64,000 nt of DNA from positions 205,220,001-205,284,000 of the forward strand of contig NC_042997.1 in NCBI RefSeq assembly GCF_006345805.1. Reading direction: 5' to 3'. Below the pieces are notes generated by a model. It was not told the DNA's origin. It saw only the letters and a list, made by a program, of their open reading frames with translations, and ran no database searches. Position 1 is the stretch's first letter; each line of letters starts with the position of its first letter. Shown in pieces: positions 14,103 through 27,564 of the stretch. This DNA is from Octopus sinensis (lineage: Eukaryota). Made by a program: the position numbers and the translations under genes.

Positions 14103-14420
14103 AGGGCGCGTGGCTTAGTGGTTAGGGCATTCGGCTCATGATCGTAAGGTTGTGAGTTCGATTCCCGGCGACGCGTTGTGTCCTTGAGCAAGACACTTTA
14201 TTTCACGTTGCTCCAGTCCACTCAGCTGGCAAAAATGAGTTGTATTTGTATTTCAAAGGGTCAGCCTTGTCACTCTCTGTGTCACGCTGATTATCCCCGA
14301 GAACTACGTTAAGGGTACACGTGTCTGTGGAATGCTCAGCCATTTGCACGTTAATTTCACGAGCAAGCTGTTCCGTTGATCGTATCAGCTGGGACCCTCG
14401 TCGTCGTAACCGGCGGAGTC
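14103..14420 (+). mobile_element. Second tRNA-derived SINE family. Related copy at ~24203-24581.
   Basis: A box TGGCTTAGTGG and B box GTTCGATTCC, then tgtgtccttgagcaagacactt. 3' body shared with 24400-24581. Confidence 0.8.
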
Positions 14421-15340
14421 TAAGAGAGAGAGTAATAATATATACAAGATATATACAAGATATATATATATACAAGATAACAAACATATATACAAGATAA
14501 CAAACTACAGACACACAAATGCACGTAGACATACCGTTGCTCACATATACACAGTCACATGGCATATGCATACAGAATCACGCACAGACACACAAACTCG
14601 CGGAAATGCGAGACAAACTGAAGCCTTGAATATATGGTTATATGATATAATGTGTTATGCTAAAGAGAAAAGAGGAAAGAAAATGGAAAGAAGGAAATAT
14701 TCGGCATTTGGGTATATAAACCACCTGTAGTGACGTCATGTTCCAGTGTGCATACACGCAACGTCATTCTTCAGTGTGCGTGTGCGGACAGTCCTTCTTC
14801 AGTGTGCGTATGCGGGGTAGGAACCTTCTGGAACCTTCTGGAAAGGCATAAGGAAGTTCCCTCATGCACATGCGCTAGAGACTGAAGAAGAAATTCTATA
14901 GCGTTCCTTAATAGCGTCGGGGACTTGAGACACGGCGATAGAAGCGAAAGGACGTATTTTCATACGTGTGATCAGCCTATTCTCCTGTCCCAGACGCTTA
15001 GGATTTAACCTGTTCTATTAATGCTGAATTGTTGTAAGAAGCTTGCAAACGTTAGAATTCAGCCTTGCTGTGTTGAACTAGGTGGATACCAGTATACCAT
15101 CGTGTTTCATTGTTGAATAAGAGAATAAAGAATTGTATATATTTCTAAACTTGCGTTTCGTTCCTGACTTGTAGTTTCTAGAAACAAAAAGAAAGGAAAT
15201 TGTGTTGCACCCAAGTTGCACCCCAAAAGTGTAAAGAAGCAACCAGTTCCCTTTACACACCTTACTATAATGGAATTCAAGGTCTTACTGCTAGATAAAA
15301 GGCTTTTGTTGATAGGAATTACGGTTTATACTTTATAGGA

Positions 15341-15738
15341 TACTAGCAGTATCGCCCGGCGTTGCTCGGGTTTGTAAGGGAAATAACTATATAAGCATTT
15401 TTAGAGATGTAAAGTATAATAGCCATCTCAATATGGCTAACCACAAAGGATGGGTGTTACTGTAGCTTTTTACGTTCTGAGATTTAATAATAAATTTTTA
15501 GAGAGTTACTTCCCTTATATATGCCAAAAATGCATTAAAAATGGGAAAAATTGGTGGTAAATTTTTTTTAAATCGTAGACTCATCGTAGACGCACGCTAA
15601 TACCCAGAAGGGCTCGATATGAAGAACGACTATAAGATACCCGGTTTTGGTTAAACTGCACCGCAAAATGTGGGAGTAGTTAGGAATCTAAATCGTAGGA
15701 GACAGACAGCACACAACCTCACTTTTATATATAAAGAT
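15341..15738 (+). mobile_element. Non-autonomous Helitron/DINE-1-like element (copy)
   Basis: Same termini and body as 8648-9043. Confidence 0.55.
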
Positions 15739-16111
15739 ATAATCGGAGCAGTTCGTGCACGCGTTTGATAAGTTATCAGAGAAGCGAATGTATTTATCGT
15801 AAAAAAAAAGATCTACTATTTAAAATTATAAATTTAATTTAAAATTATAAATTTAATTCATAACATGGATATGAAAAAATTTGGGTAAAGAAATAGCATA
15901 GGATAGAGAAAAGAAAAATTTTAAACTAATAATAATTAATAATATCGATAGATATATGTTCGGATATAATATTTAGTTAAATCTTTCTACTTGAATTCCG
16001 AGCAGTGATATAATGAATAATGGAAGGTGGCTGTATACGAGGTTCAGGTTAGTGGTAATTGTAGAATAGGGGAAATAAGGTTTTCAGCGATGATGGTAAA
16101 ATAATAACCAT

Positions 16112-16521
16112 AGGCGCAGGAGTGGCTGTGTGGTAAGTAGCTTGCTAACCAGCCACATGGTCCCAGGTTCAGTCCCACTGCGTGGCATCTTGGGCAAGTG
16201 TCTTCTACTATAGCCCCGAGCCGACCAATGCCTTGTGAGTAGATTTGGTAGACGGAAACTGAAAGAAGCCTGTCGTATATATGTATATATATATATATAT
16301 GTGTGTGTAGGTGTTTGTGTGTATGCGTTTGTCTCCCTAGCATTGCTTGACAACCGATGCTGGTGTATTTACGTCCCCGTCACTTAGCGGTTCGGCAAAA
16401 GAGACCGATAGAATAAGTACTGGGCTTACAAAGAATAAGTCCCGGGGTCGATTTGCTCGACTAAAGGCGGTGCTCCAGCATGGTCGCAGTCAAATGACTG
16501 AAACAAGTAAAAGAGTAAAGA
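16112..16521 (+). mobile_element. tRNA-derived SINE with internal (TA)/(TG) microsatellite. Minus-strand copies at ~470-778, 893-1306, 2486-2648, 18746-19202 and 60841-60992.
   Basis: A-box-like TGGCTGTGTGG and B-box-like GGTTCAGTCCC. Multiple dispersed copies. 3' tail cagcatggtcgcagtcaaatgactgaaac. Confidence 0.85.
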
Positions 16522-17569
16522 GTATAGTACAAAGAGAGGAATAGGGGAGGGGGTACATGATGGGTTAAAATATGTTGAACTATATTGAATAAGTATGCGT
16601 GTTAGTTGTGTGAAGAAATTCAAAGCGCAACGTTTAGATGTCTGATGAAATCAGAACGTTTCAAAGAATCTCTGAATGTAAATAGTTAAAGCTTTCTTTT
16701 ATCGATTCAGTATGTACTATGAATTATGTTGCAAGATCTGTATTGGTTCATTTAAGCATAACCGGCACGGAGTGTGGTTTTTTCTGGTATGGCACTCCGG
16801 AACCGATCATAGACTAATTATATGGTATACTGTTTTTCTTAAGGTTCGCTATGTGATGAGCTAGAGAGAAGACTTATAGTGTTTCGGAAAGTTAAAAGGG
16901 GAAATATGTATCGACGTTTAAACGCGACAGCAGTGCCGATGTATATTTTGATAGAGATTCCTTCTTTATTAAGGACAGTGCATTTACAAAGAACATTAAA
17001 TCTGCGGAAGTTGTCGTGTAATGGATAATTATTGTGTATTTTACAAGTGCTTCTTTATGGATTCATTTCCACGATGTTTATAGTTAGTATTATTAATACG
17101 ATATCTACCTGGGATTAAAGCATTCTTTCCTAATGTTTCATGCAAAGTACTGACCTTGTTACATATACTATTATTATGAGTAGAAATAATAGTAGTAGAA
17201 TGTGTGCGTCCTTGCACATTCCTTATTTCCTCTCCTTGTTTCTTTCTGCGTTCCTTTCTGTAGAAGAGCGTACGCTCAAAACGTTAAAGACTTTTTCGCT
17301 TCCCGAGCGTTAAATTAATACATCTGTTTGTTGTCTACACCACTTGTCTTTTGCTTTTTTGTGAATTCTCCCTATATATATGTGTGTGTATATATATACA
17401 TATATATGCATGTGTGTGTGTGAATATATATATATATATATGCATGTGTGTGTGTGAATATATATATATATATATGTATGTATGTGTGTGTGTGAGTATA
17501 TATATATATATAGTAAAATCTCTCTCTCTCTCTCTCTACACACACACAAATACACACATATATATAAAG

Positions 17570-17900
17570 TAGTCTACAAGGTTGTAGTCACCTCAGGTCT
17601 ACAAATTAACGAGACTCAACTGAAAAAGTATATTGGTCTCTGCAAAAGCGACTTTCAGAAAAGATATGTTAACCATCAATCTGCTTTCGGAAACGTAGAC
17701 AAGAAGAAAGCTATTAAGTTTGCTTGCCATTTATGGTACCTGAATGCCAAAAATATCCTAAATACCATCATGTGGATCATCGTAGAACGAGCCACGCTTT
17801 ACCTTAATGGGTCAAGTATGCGCAAGGCTTTGTATAGCCCAAATAATTTATATCTATTTATATTTATGAAATACACAGACTGAATTCTAGATCAGAAATT
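17570..17900 (+). mobile_element. Penelope-like GIY-YIG endonuclease fragment
   Basis: VVYKVVVT...KKYIGLCKSDFQKRYVNHQSAF...CHLWYL...IMWIIVERA. Confidence 0.8.
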
Positions 17901-18715
17901 TTCACTAAGTGTAAGTATTTGGATATGTTTCTATTATCCTATTGGAGAACACCGCCCTCTCCAAAGTTGAACCTTTCCTGTCGATTTAACCACGCAACCA
18001 ATATTAATCATTCTAACGGATCAAAGGACCCAACTTCTATTTAACTTCAGTGCTTTTTTCTCGTTTACTATTTTTCTTTTAATTATTTCTCTTTCTTTCT
18101 CGCTATTTCTTCTCAGAAAGCATCCATACTGTATTTTGCGTCTGAAAGATTGTGTGATAGTACCCGGTATATTATAGAAGCTCATCCAACCACTGTACTA
18201 TTAGAAGTAAGAAATGTAGAGTAGCTCACATTCAAATCATTTAAGTTATATATATTTATATATATAGTTGTTTACATACATGCATACAAACAGACTCTAT
18301 ATACATTTATATTATATATCTCACTTGGCTCGTATTCCGCTCGCTAACCTATCTCGAGACTGATGCCCAGCACCATACTACATGGAGCCGGCTTTTTTAG
18401 TTACGTATCGCACTTTATTGTGTCTCCTTTGTTTTTCATAACAATGTAACTCCCCAACCGGATGAATCGTTCTGATACCAGTCCTTTAACGCATACATTC
18501 ACACACAGACACACGCATGCACACGCACACATATATATGTGAATGTATATATATATTACGGAGATGTACTTGCTTAGAAAGTGACCTCATCTGAGATCGT
18601 GTGAGGATACAAAAACAATTGCAGCGTAGAAGGTATTTATAAGCCATCCAAAACACAAAAGCTGCGAGATTCACTTCAAAATTTTAATTTAAGTTGCCAA
18701 AATATTTTCGCTGCT

Positions 18716-18746
<31 letters not shown>

Positions 18747-19894
18747 TTTCTCTTTTCTCTTTTACTCGTTTCAGTCATTTGACTGCGGCCATGCTGGAGC
18801 ACCGCCTTTAATCGAGCAACTCGACCCCGGGACTTATTCTTTTGTAAGCCCAGTACTTATTCTATCGGTCTCTTTTGCCGAACCGCTAAGTAACGGGGAC
18901 ATAAACACACCAGCATCGGTTGTCAAGCAATGCTGGGGGGACAAACACAGACACACAAACACACACACGCATATATATATATATTTTCACGCATATATAT
19001 ATATATTTTCAATATATATATATATATATACATATATACGACGGGCTTCTTTCAGTTTCCATCTACCAAATCCACTCACAAGGCATTGGTCGGCCCGAGG
19101 CTATAGTAGAAGACACTTGCCCAAGGTGCCACGCAGTGGGACTGAACCCGGAACCATTTGGTTGGTAAACAAGCTACTTACCACACAGCCAATCCTGCGC
19201 CTATATATATATTTAATAATATATTATAATTATTAATATAAGAAAATTAATATCCAAACTCATCATAAAGATATACCCGTGTGAAAATACTTTTTGTATT
19301 AAAGATATATATAAATAAATATATTCTTGAGTTAGCCAGCTGAAATGTTAGAATAGCCTGGCGATCTACTGTTATAGATAAGGAGTGCGTCATCTCTATA
19401 CAATCCTCCCATCAAATATTTATAAAGATAAAAATATAAAAGAAATGCTTTGACCAGTTTATGATTTCATAGCTTCATTACCGGATAATATAATGAATTT
19501 TATACAACAGTACTATGGATTGCTACAGAGGAATTACCAAGACAAAGTGTTATGGATTGCTACAGAGGAATTACCAAGAGGACATATGAATTTCAAGATT
19601 CTCATACTAAAGTATATACAAATTTCACGTTTCTAAACTAACTGTATGAACTATATTTGGAATGCAAGATAATATGACGGATTTTACGTATGAATATTAT
19701 GGATTATTGCAGAAGAATAACCAAGGAAATAAATATGGATTTAAAGACTCTCATCAAAAGTAGTAATTTTTAATTTTTATTTTATCGCTCGTATTAAATA
19801 TCTAAATATTTTAATAGTATTAATATTTTGATACAATTGAGCACTCAATATAAATTTAGTACATAATATTCTTATTGAATATATTTACCTAAAG

Positions 19895-19947
<53 letters not shown>

Positions 19948-20653
19948 TATAAGGGTAATGACCTACTTCGGTTATGAATGACCATGGGAGTGCACTTAGA
20001 AAGTTCCTCTCCGAGACAACGTTGTTTATGGAAGACCAATAATCGCCCATGCATACCAGCCTCCCCTATCCAAGACACCGATGTTACCCAAGGCAAAGGG
20101 GCCGGTACAGCTTGACATGAATGACGTCGCAACTGATTTCTACCGTTGAGCGAACTGGAGCAACGTGAAATAAAGTGTCTTGTTCAATAACACAACTCAC
20201 AGCTTCATGGTTGTAAGCCCGATTCTCTAACCACTGAGCCATGTGCCTTCCCATTAAATATGGAGAGAGAGAAAGAGAGAAACAAAGTATTTATTTTTAA
20301 AATATAAAAATTTAACAAGCATAAGGTGTGTTATGAGCATTTATAGGATATAATCCTATATAAACTCAACTGACAATTAAGAATGGAGAAGAGAAAATGT
20401 TAAAAGTTTTATCAAAATACTTAAGCCATACATACGATCGTTTCATATGATAACATCAACATTTAAGAAATATGGAAAAATTAAATTAATTATATAATTA
20501 TAATTAAATTAAATTAATTTTATCACGTATTACCATCCTCCTCAGTGCACACAAAAATGGAGAAAAACGCCAGGAAAGGTAGTAAAAGAAAAATATTACA
20601 GAACATATTGAGCCTTTGTTACATAACTCAGTCGGATATTTATAAATTGATTG

Positions 20654-20739
20654 TGAAAGATGAAATATAAGAACATGCTTAGGTAGTGTTGAGTCCAGAC
20701 TCAACACTACCTAAGCATGTTCTTATATTTCATCTTTCA
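20654..20739. other. Perfect 42-bp inverted repeat with a 2-nt spacer
   Basis: tgaaagatgaaatataagaacatgcttaggtagtgttgagtc CA gactcaacactacctaagcatgttcttatatttcatctttca. Confidence 0.95.
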
Positions 20740-21069
20740 TCTGTGTGTGCGTGTGTGTGTGTGTGACTGTGTGTCTATGTGTATGCATGTATGTTTATAT
20801 GTACATGTATGTGTTGCGTTCTCGAGCAAAACACTTCATCTCACGTTGACTTGCGGTCACTTCGACACTTAACACATGGCACACAATGGCAATGTCGATT
20901 TGATGGAGAGAGTGAGCAACTCTACAGCATACACATTTGATCATTCTGAACAAATCATATTTGCAGCTCGTTCGGAAAAAGATGAATGCTGATACGTGTC
21001 GCCTCCGACAGAAGAGACCGTCATATATATATGTATATACATACATACATACATACATACATACATACA

Positions 21070-21101
<32 letters not shown>

Positions 21102-22965
21102 CATATACATATACATATACTAACTGGTGTACCGGGTAATTTTCGGGGGTAAAGATGTTCTATTGAAACGCCTTATTACTCTGATATAAGAAAGCAATTT
21201 CGTTATAACTGCCACAGAAGGTTTATTTTCCGTTGCATAAAAGTGCAAAAATCTGTCAGCTGGAGGAGGGAGAGATTGTTGGAGGTTGGCGAGAAAGATT
21301 GTCGGGGGTTGGTGAGAGGCAAAGACATTATTCTTCTTAGCGAAGGCATCTGAGAAATGTATAACTGCTGTCAATTACCAAAAAAAATATTGTTTTACCG
21401 TGAGAAAAGCACTGTTGAAGTGTTAAGTGAAATTTGGCAATCGAGAATCGAATCTACGCTATGCCTGTATGAAGCCACTACAAATACGTTGTGAAATAAA
21501 CAAAATTAGCTACTCTCATTGAAAAAGTGTAACTGAAAAATACAGAATTACCGGAGTAATGGGCATTCAAGTATGTATGTATAGAAATGTATGAATGAAG
21601 TCTTTAATGCTTTAGATTCAATTTAAGGAAGTGCAATAATAATGTTTAGCAGTCCAAAACTGTGAGTAGTGAAATGGCGAATTAGGTCGGCTGATCGTGA
21701 GAAACAAATATCGATCGCTTTGCTGAAATTTGTAGGCGGTATGGGTATTTACCATGGGTTGTTTAAATATGATATTAGTAATATGTAGTAAATAGAAGGA
21801 TCCATTGAATGGGCCCTATTATCGATTTTTTTTCCAACAATCTAAGTATGTCACGGGGTTTCCAGACATGAGTTTTACTCGTGTCAAATAAAGTATAACA
21901 GTGATATTGCCTGCAAAAATTACAAATAGGACACACACAAAAAAACATTCAAAGCAATCGAACAATGAAATGGGATATTTCCCTTGAGCGTTTAAAAAAA
22001 TATTGTACAGGTGCTATGGGTTAGTTCCCTTGGGAGTTTAAAAAATAGTTATATGAGGTAGATATAAAGGTCACTTCCAGGGGCCGTACTATCGACTTTT
22101 TCAACAATCTAAGTATGTCACAAGGTTTCCACACACGAGTCAAGTTTCATCGACATCATTAAAGCGATGTAGGAGGAGTTAGCTAACAACGCCACAGACA
22201 AACACACATCAATTTTCCACATATGTAGTATATATATATATATATATATATAAATATCCCATAGCTGCCCTCTCGTTACACAAGACAAGTTCTCTGAAGT
22301 AGTCATCTCATATTTTTTGGGCTTATGTTGTTGAGAAAGACGGAACTTAACAGAGTTACTAGACTAGCACTTCAAATAACTAAGTGCAGAAAACCTCCAA
22401 AACTATAATTATAGTTCATACACATCCTTGTTTAGATGAAAAAATATTAAAAACTTTCTTATTCCTCTTTACACCAGAGAGAGGAGAGAGGTTGCAGTAT
22501 AATTTCAAAGTCTCTGTGAGTTTTACTGTGAGCAATACTTGATATTAATCGAGTGTGAGGCGTCGAGCTGGCGGAATTGTTTGCACGTCTGGTGAAATGT
22601 TTTGCGGCGTTTCATCTGTCTGTACGTCAGGAGTTCAAATTTGCCTTTCATCATTTCAAGGTCGATCAGTCAAGCACTGTGGTCGTTACAAACGAGTGAC
22701 AGCCTCGCCCGAAGTTGCTGGCCTTGTGCCAAATTTTGAAACCGATATAATAATTACAATCACTTTTATTACTGCTTCGCTGGTTTAGGATGTTTACCCA
22801 GACCGAACGTAAACAGTCTGACGACTTCCCTGTCAATTAAGCGGTAAGTTTTAATTTATGCATAAATTATGGCTGACAACTTTTCTATTTCTGCCTGTCT
22901 CTCTCTCTCTCTCACTCTTTCATTCTCTCTTTACGCACTCTGTCTATACATAAATATGTGTGTAT

Positions 22966-23043
<78 letters not shown>

Positions 23044-23048
23044 TTATG

Positions 23049-23080
<32 letters not shown>

Positions 23081-23151
23081 CATATGTATATGTCTATATC
23101 TATCTATCTAGCTTGCTAGTTAGCTATATATATATATATATATATATATAA

Positions 23152-23462
23152 TGAGGATACTACATGAGTACCTGCATCGCTGAAAATAGAAGTCAAAAAT
23201 ACTTCTGTGCTACGGCACTTTAGTAGTAGGTATCTGCCAGACCCTCAATGAGGAGAAACAGGCACTTTTGTGTGCTAATTTCGGAACCCTGGTGTCAGAT
23301 TGACCAGAATTACTCGTGCTGATGTAGCAGAGCTAAGACCATTATATTGTTCACAGGATTTTTTTCCTGCCATTGCGTATATTAGATTTGTGACTGTTCC
23401 GTGGCCGAGAAGTATTTTTGACCTCTATTTTTAGCGATGCACTTATTTATGTACCACCCTCG
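23152..23462. mobile_element. Tc1/mariner-type MITE with ~70-bp TIRs. Partial copies at ~23680-23892 and 1-107.
   Basis: Ends resemble CGAGGG...CCCTCG next to TA. TIR core catgagtacctgcatcgctgaaaatagaagtcaaaaatacttc. Confidence 0.65.
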
Positions 23463-23924
23463 TGTATATATACATGTAAGTACAAGTTTTATATTGTATG
23501 TATATATTCTATTAGTTTGCCTGTACAGCTGATATTCGCTTACTACTACTGATGGCATTTTAGTAGTACAATCGCTCTTATATTTACTTATAGATAGTTT
23601 CACGTATTTCTTTTGTTAAAATAGTTTTTCAGGCATGGTGGGGAAAATTTTAGTATTAGTTCGTCGACTGATTGTGACTGAGGCGAAACAGGCACCATTT
23701 TGGTACTAATTTGAAAACCATGGCATCAGATTGACCAGCTTTACTTGTGCTCACCTAGCAGAGGTAAGACGATTTTACTGTTCACTGGAATGTTTTCCTA
23801 CCATGCCTGTATTAGATTTGTGACAGATCCGTGGCAGAAAAATATTTTTGACTTCTGTTTTTAGCGATGCAGCTACTCATGTAGTACCCTCGTTTATACA
23901 CGCACGCACACACACACACACACA

Positions 23925-23955
<31 letters not shown>

Positions 23956-24693
23956 CAAGAGTTATGGAGTAAACCCTGTGTTTTTATTCGGACACCCGTC
24001 AAACCTGGTCGCCTACCGTGAAATATAAAAACAACTTCTTCAGCTTATCTTACTTCGATACGAGAAAAATCCACAAACTTCCGTCTCAATAAAGCGCTAT
24101 CTCTAAAAGATTTTTTTTGTAATATTGACTACGGATTGCTTGAAGATAACTTTATTCTTAGACCTCGGTCACTGGATCTTAGATTTATATATATCTGGCG
24201 GTGGGGGCGCAATGGCTCAGTGGTTAGGAGAGCGGACTCGCGGTCATGGGATCGCGGTTTTGATAGCCAGACCCGGCGCTGTTAGTGTTTATTGAGAAAA
24301 AACACCTACAAAGTCTTCGATGCTCCGGTAGGGGCTGGTACCGCACCTTGCTGTAAGCTTTCACCGCTACTTTCTCTCACACTTTCTTCCTGTTTCTCTT
24401 GTACCTATATTTCAAAGGGGCAGACTTGTCACACTCTGTGTCTCGCTGAATCTCCCTGAGAACTACGTTAAGGGTAGAAGTTTCTGTGGAGTACTCAACC
24501 ACTTGCACGTTAGTTTCACAAGCAGGCTGTTCCGTTGATCGGATCAACTGGAACCCTTGTTGTCGTAACCGACGGAGTGCCACGATATATATCTGTCAAG
24601 TTACCAGAGGTACTTGCTGCTTCGGGCAGTTACACTTGAGATAGTTCGATCTGGTTGTGCCCACCCCCACCCCAAAAGTCTGAGCTAAGAGTA

Positions 24694-25220
24694 TTACAAG
24701 TTTTCAAATCTTATGCAACTACATATTTACGATAGCTGCTGCAGTTCTTGCTGAACCTGATAATGTCGGGGACGTATGGTTTGTTGCCATGTTTTTCGTG
24801 TATACCGTTGCAATTGTGAATGCCATCATAAAGCAGTATGACTCAATAATAGTTCAGTCTATAAAACTCACCAAAACCGTTTGTCCAAGATTTGTTCAGG
24901 TAAAATACGGAGAGGAATTCATAAATGCCAAGCTGTTCAAGACAATTGTTAACCATCATTTTCCATTGAGATACGAGATTGGTAAATCCATTATAAAACT
25001 GTTTCTAATCGTATCTTTTTTCTTTGCTTGCAACAATATAATAAGTCGAGAAGACTTGAACTTTTCAGCGTTCACAAAGATTACTTTGATATTGATGACG
25101 TCTATGATACCTAAATTTTTGTCTATAATAAATACAAATCGTAGGTTAACAATAACCATGTTAGATAAAATTATCGAAACAATTAATGTATATGCCGGAG
25201 ACGTTAATCAAGTTATTTGA
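24694..25220 (+). pseudogene. Copy 2: 3' fragment (last ~175 codons) of the membrane protein family
   Basis: Homology to copy 3 starts abruptly at ttacaagttttc (~24694). ORF 24789..25220 is near-identical to the copy 3 C-terminus. An extra A near the end (gacgttAatcaag) alters the tail. No 5' part is present. Confidence 0.9.
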
Positions 25221-25255
25221 TATTCTTTATGGATTTTTAACTGCATTGTATAATA

Positions 25256-25413
<158 letters not shown>

Positions 25414-25939
25414 ATATATATATAATATTCTTATATATACATAAATATATAAATATATATATAAATACAGTGTACATTTAAGCACATAAGATATGGCCAT
25501 TATAGGACAGCTAACATGCTAAAAGGAGTAGTCAAAAATCCAAGGCATTGTCAGGGATAATTTCGAAGGGAATGAAAAATAAAAACATTTACCATCTAAC
25601 TCCTGGACCGTGATTTCAAACTCTATTTAGCAAATAAAGTAATTTGCTAGGCGAAGTTCTCCTCAGCAGGAGCGCCAAGATAAGCATATTATTCCGAGGC
25701 AATACAGTACATGCCTCGTGCTTATATATAATTTTTCAAATCCACCGCGCAAGCGCAGTTATTTTGTCGGCAGCAAATAAATGTAATGCCAACTTGCAGC
25801 ATTGTGGTGTTCTATCACCTACGCTGTTCACCTTGGTGATTAAATGAACGCAAGGCTAGCAAAAGCTAGCTCTGCCTGTCGACATCTTCATCACAACGTT
25901 TGAAAAGAGCTGGTCTGATCTTATAAACAAAAGTTGACG

Positions 25940-26430
25940 TATACATAGTCGTGGGGACATGGCAACATTATGCCTGTGAAATCTGGACAGTTTACCAGAC
26001 ATGCTAAAAAATGTAACCACTTTCACCTGACACACCTGCGAAAAGTTCTTAACATCAGAGGACAATAAAACTCCAAATAGAAGTGTTATCGACAGAGCTA
26101 ATATTCCAAGCGTGTATGCTTTATGAGCGAATTCTAACTGCCGTAGAGTGAACATGTAGCGCACATGCCCGACTTCACTCTTTCCAGACAGATCTTCGCA
26201 AAAGTAACATTTGGTTCTTGATCACAATGTGGACCAAACAAAAGATATAAAAACACGCACAAGACAACCTTGGAAAAAGTATAACTTTGGGCAGTCAAGT
26301 TGGAAACAACTAGCAAAGAATGGTCTATTGTGTAAAAATCCAAAAAACCAAATAAGACGAGTCTATTGTCACTTCACCAAATTGAAGAAGACTTGCAACA
26401 GCATAAATATCGACAACGTTCATCAGTAGA
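25940..26430 (+). mobile_element. RTE-clade LINE 3' fragment. A duplicate lies at ~32865-33320.
   Basis: Broken-frame translation ACEIWTVY...HFHLTHLRKVLNI...EVLDRANIPS...HVAHMPDFTLS..QIF...QCGPNKRYK. Confidence 0.75.
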
Positions 26431-26503
26431 ATAAATTTGGTTGAAAGCCTTAATTCCTGGGTACGTCTGAATGCTCCGTGTCTCTATTTTCTTGAAAAGC
26501 AAG

Positions 26504-26543
<40 letters not shown>

Positions 26544-27415
26544 ATAAAATACATATGGAAAATCCTGGACGGTTACGTGTTCCCAATTTTGACAGAGAGA
26601 GCTTTAATGCTTCCAAATATATCGCCTTAATTGCTTGTTAGAATCTCACGTGTGATAATATCAGAGTTGAACAAGCATCTGGGAAGACTTTGTGCACGTG
26701 TTGACCACCTTTTAATTAGCAAAGTTATGAGGTGTGGTGGCATAGGATGAACCTGGTCATTGTCTCTCTGGCGTAGCTAACAAGGGAAGAAGTGGAGCAC
26801 ATTTTCCAAAATTAGCACCTTTTAAAAAACGTATAATCAAGGAATTAAAAAATGTTAAATAGTAATTATTTATAGGTTGAGGTTTATGAAATTTATAATT
26901 AATTTTTTTTTTGTTTTCGTTAATGACATCTCTAATATTTATAGAAAAAATAAGTGTAATATTACGGAATTTATTATCAAGTCAACTGTAGAAAACTATT
27001 TGAAGAGGTAGATACTAAAAGATGATTAATACAAAATGTAAAATAGAAGTTTTGAAGATGAGAAGGAATTTACTTATTTACCCACTGCAATACGTATATA
27101 ATCATCTATGGAGCAGTATAGAAAATTTATATTTATATTGAATGATCTCGAAAAGAATTGTTTATAATTGTAGAGAAAGCCAAATATAAAGTTAGATTTT
27201 TGTATAGTGTAGGGGAGATAACAATTATGGGAAAAGATGCAGTCATTTATTTTTTATAAAACTAAAAATTAAATTGATTGACATCATATGTAGATGGATA
27301 TGTAAGCGCAAATTTCTAGGTGTTACATACGTATATACGTAAAATTTATGCGTATACATACCGGTGCAACCGTATCTACCTATACAAAATGATTAAGTAC
27401 ATAGAAAAATACACA
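25960..27415 (+). repeat. Direct segmental duplicate of ~32865-35050 (downstream flank of the gene unit), with internal deletions
   Basis: Long runs of near-identity. The left copy lacks ~33510-34206 and a ~50-bp piece bounded by gtgt microhomology. Confidence 0.9.
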
Positions 27416-27495
27416 CACACATACACACACACGTACATATATATGTATATATAAATACACACACACACACACACACACCACACACACACATATAT

Positions 27496-27545
<50 letters not shown>

Positions 27546-27564
27546 ATATGTATATATATTTTCT

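Noticed and set aside
14103-14175. tRNA gene
   Set aside because: A and B boxes are present, but the sequence runs on into a SINE body repeated elsewhere and has no complete cloverleaf or terminator.
14881-14960. Additional hammerhead candidates (CTGAAGA at ~14882, CTGATGA at ~16642, CTGAAAGA at ~18142)
   Set aside because: I could not build the core plus all three helices.
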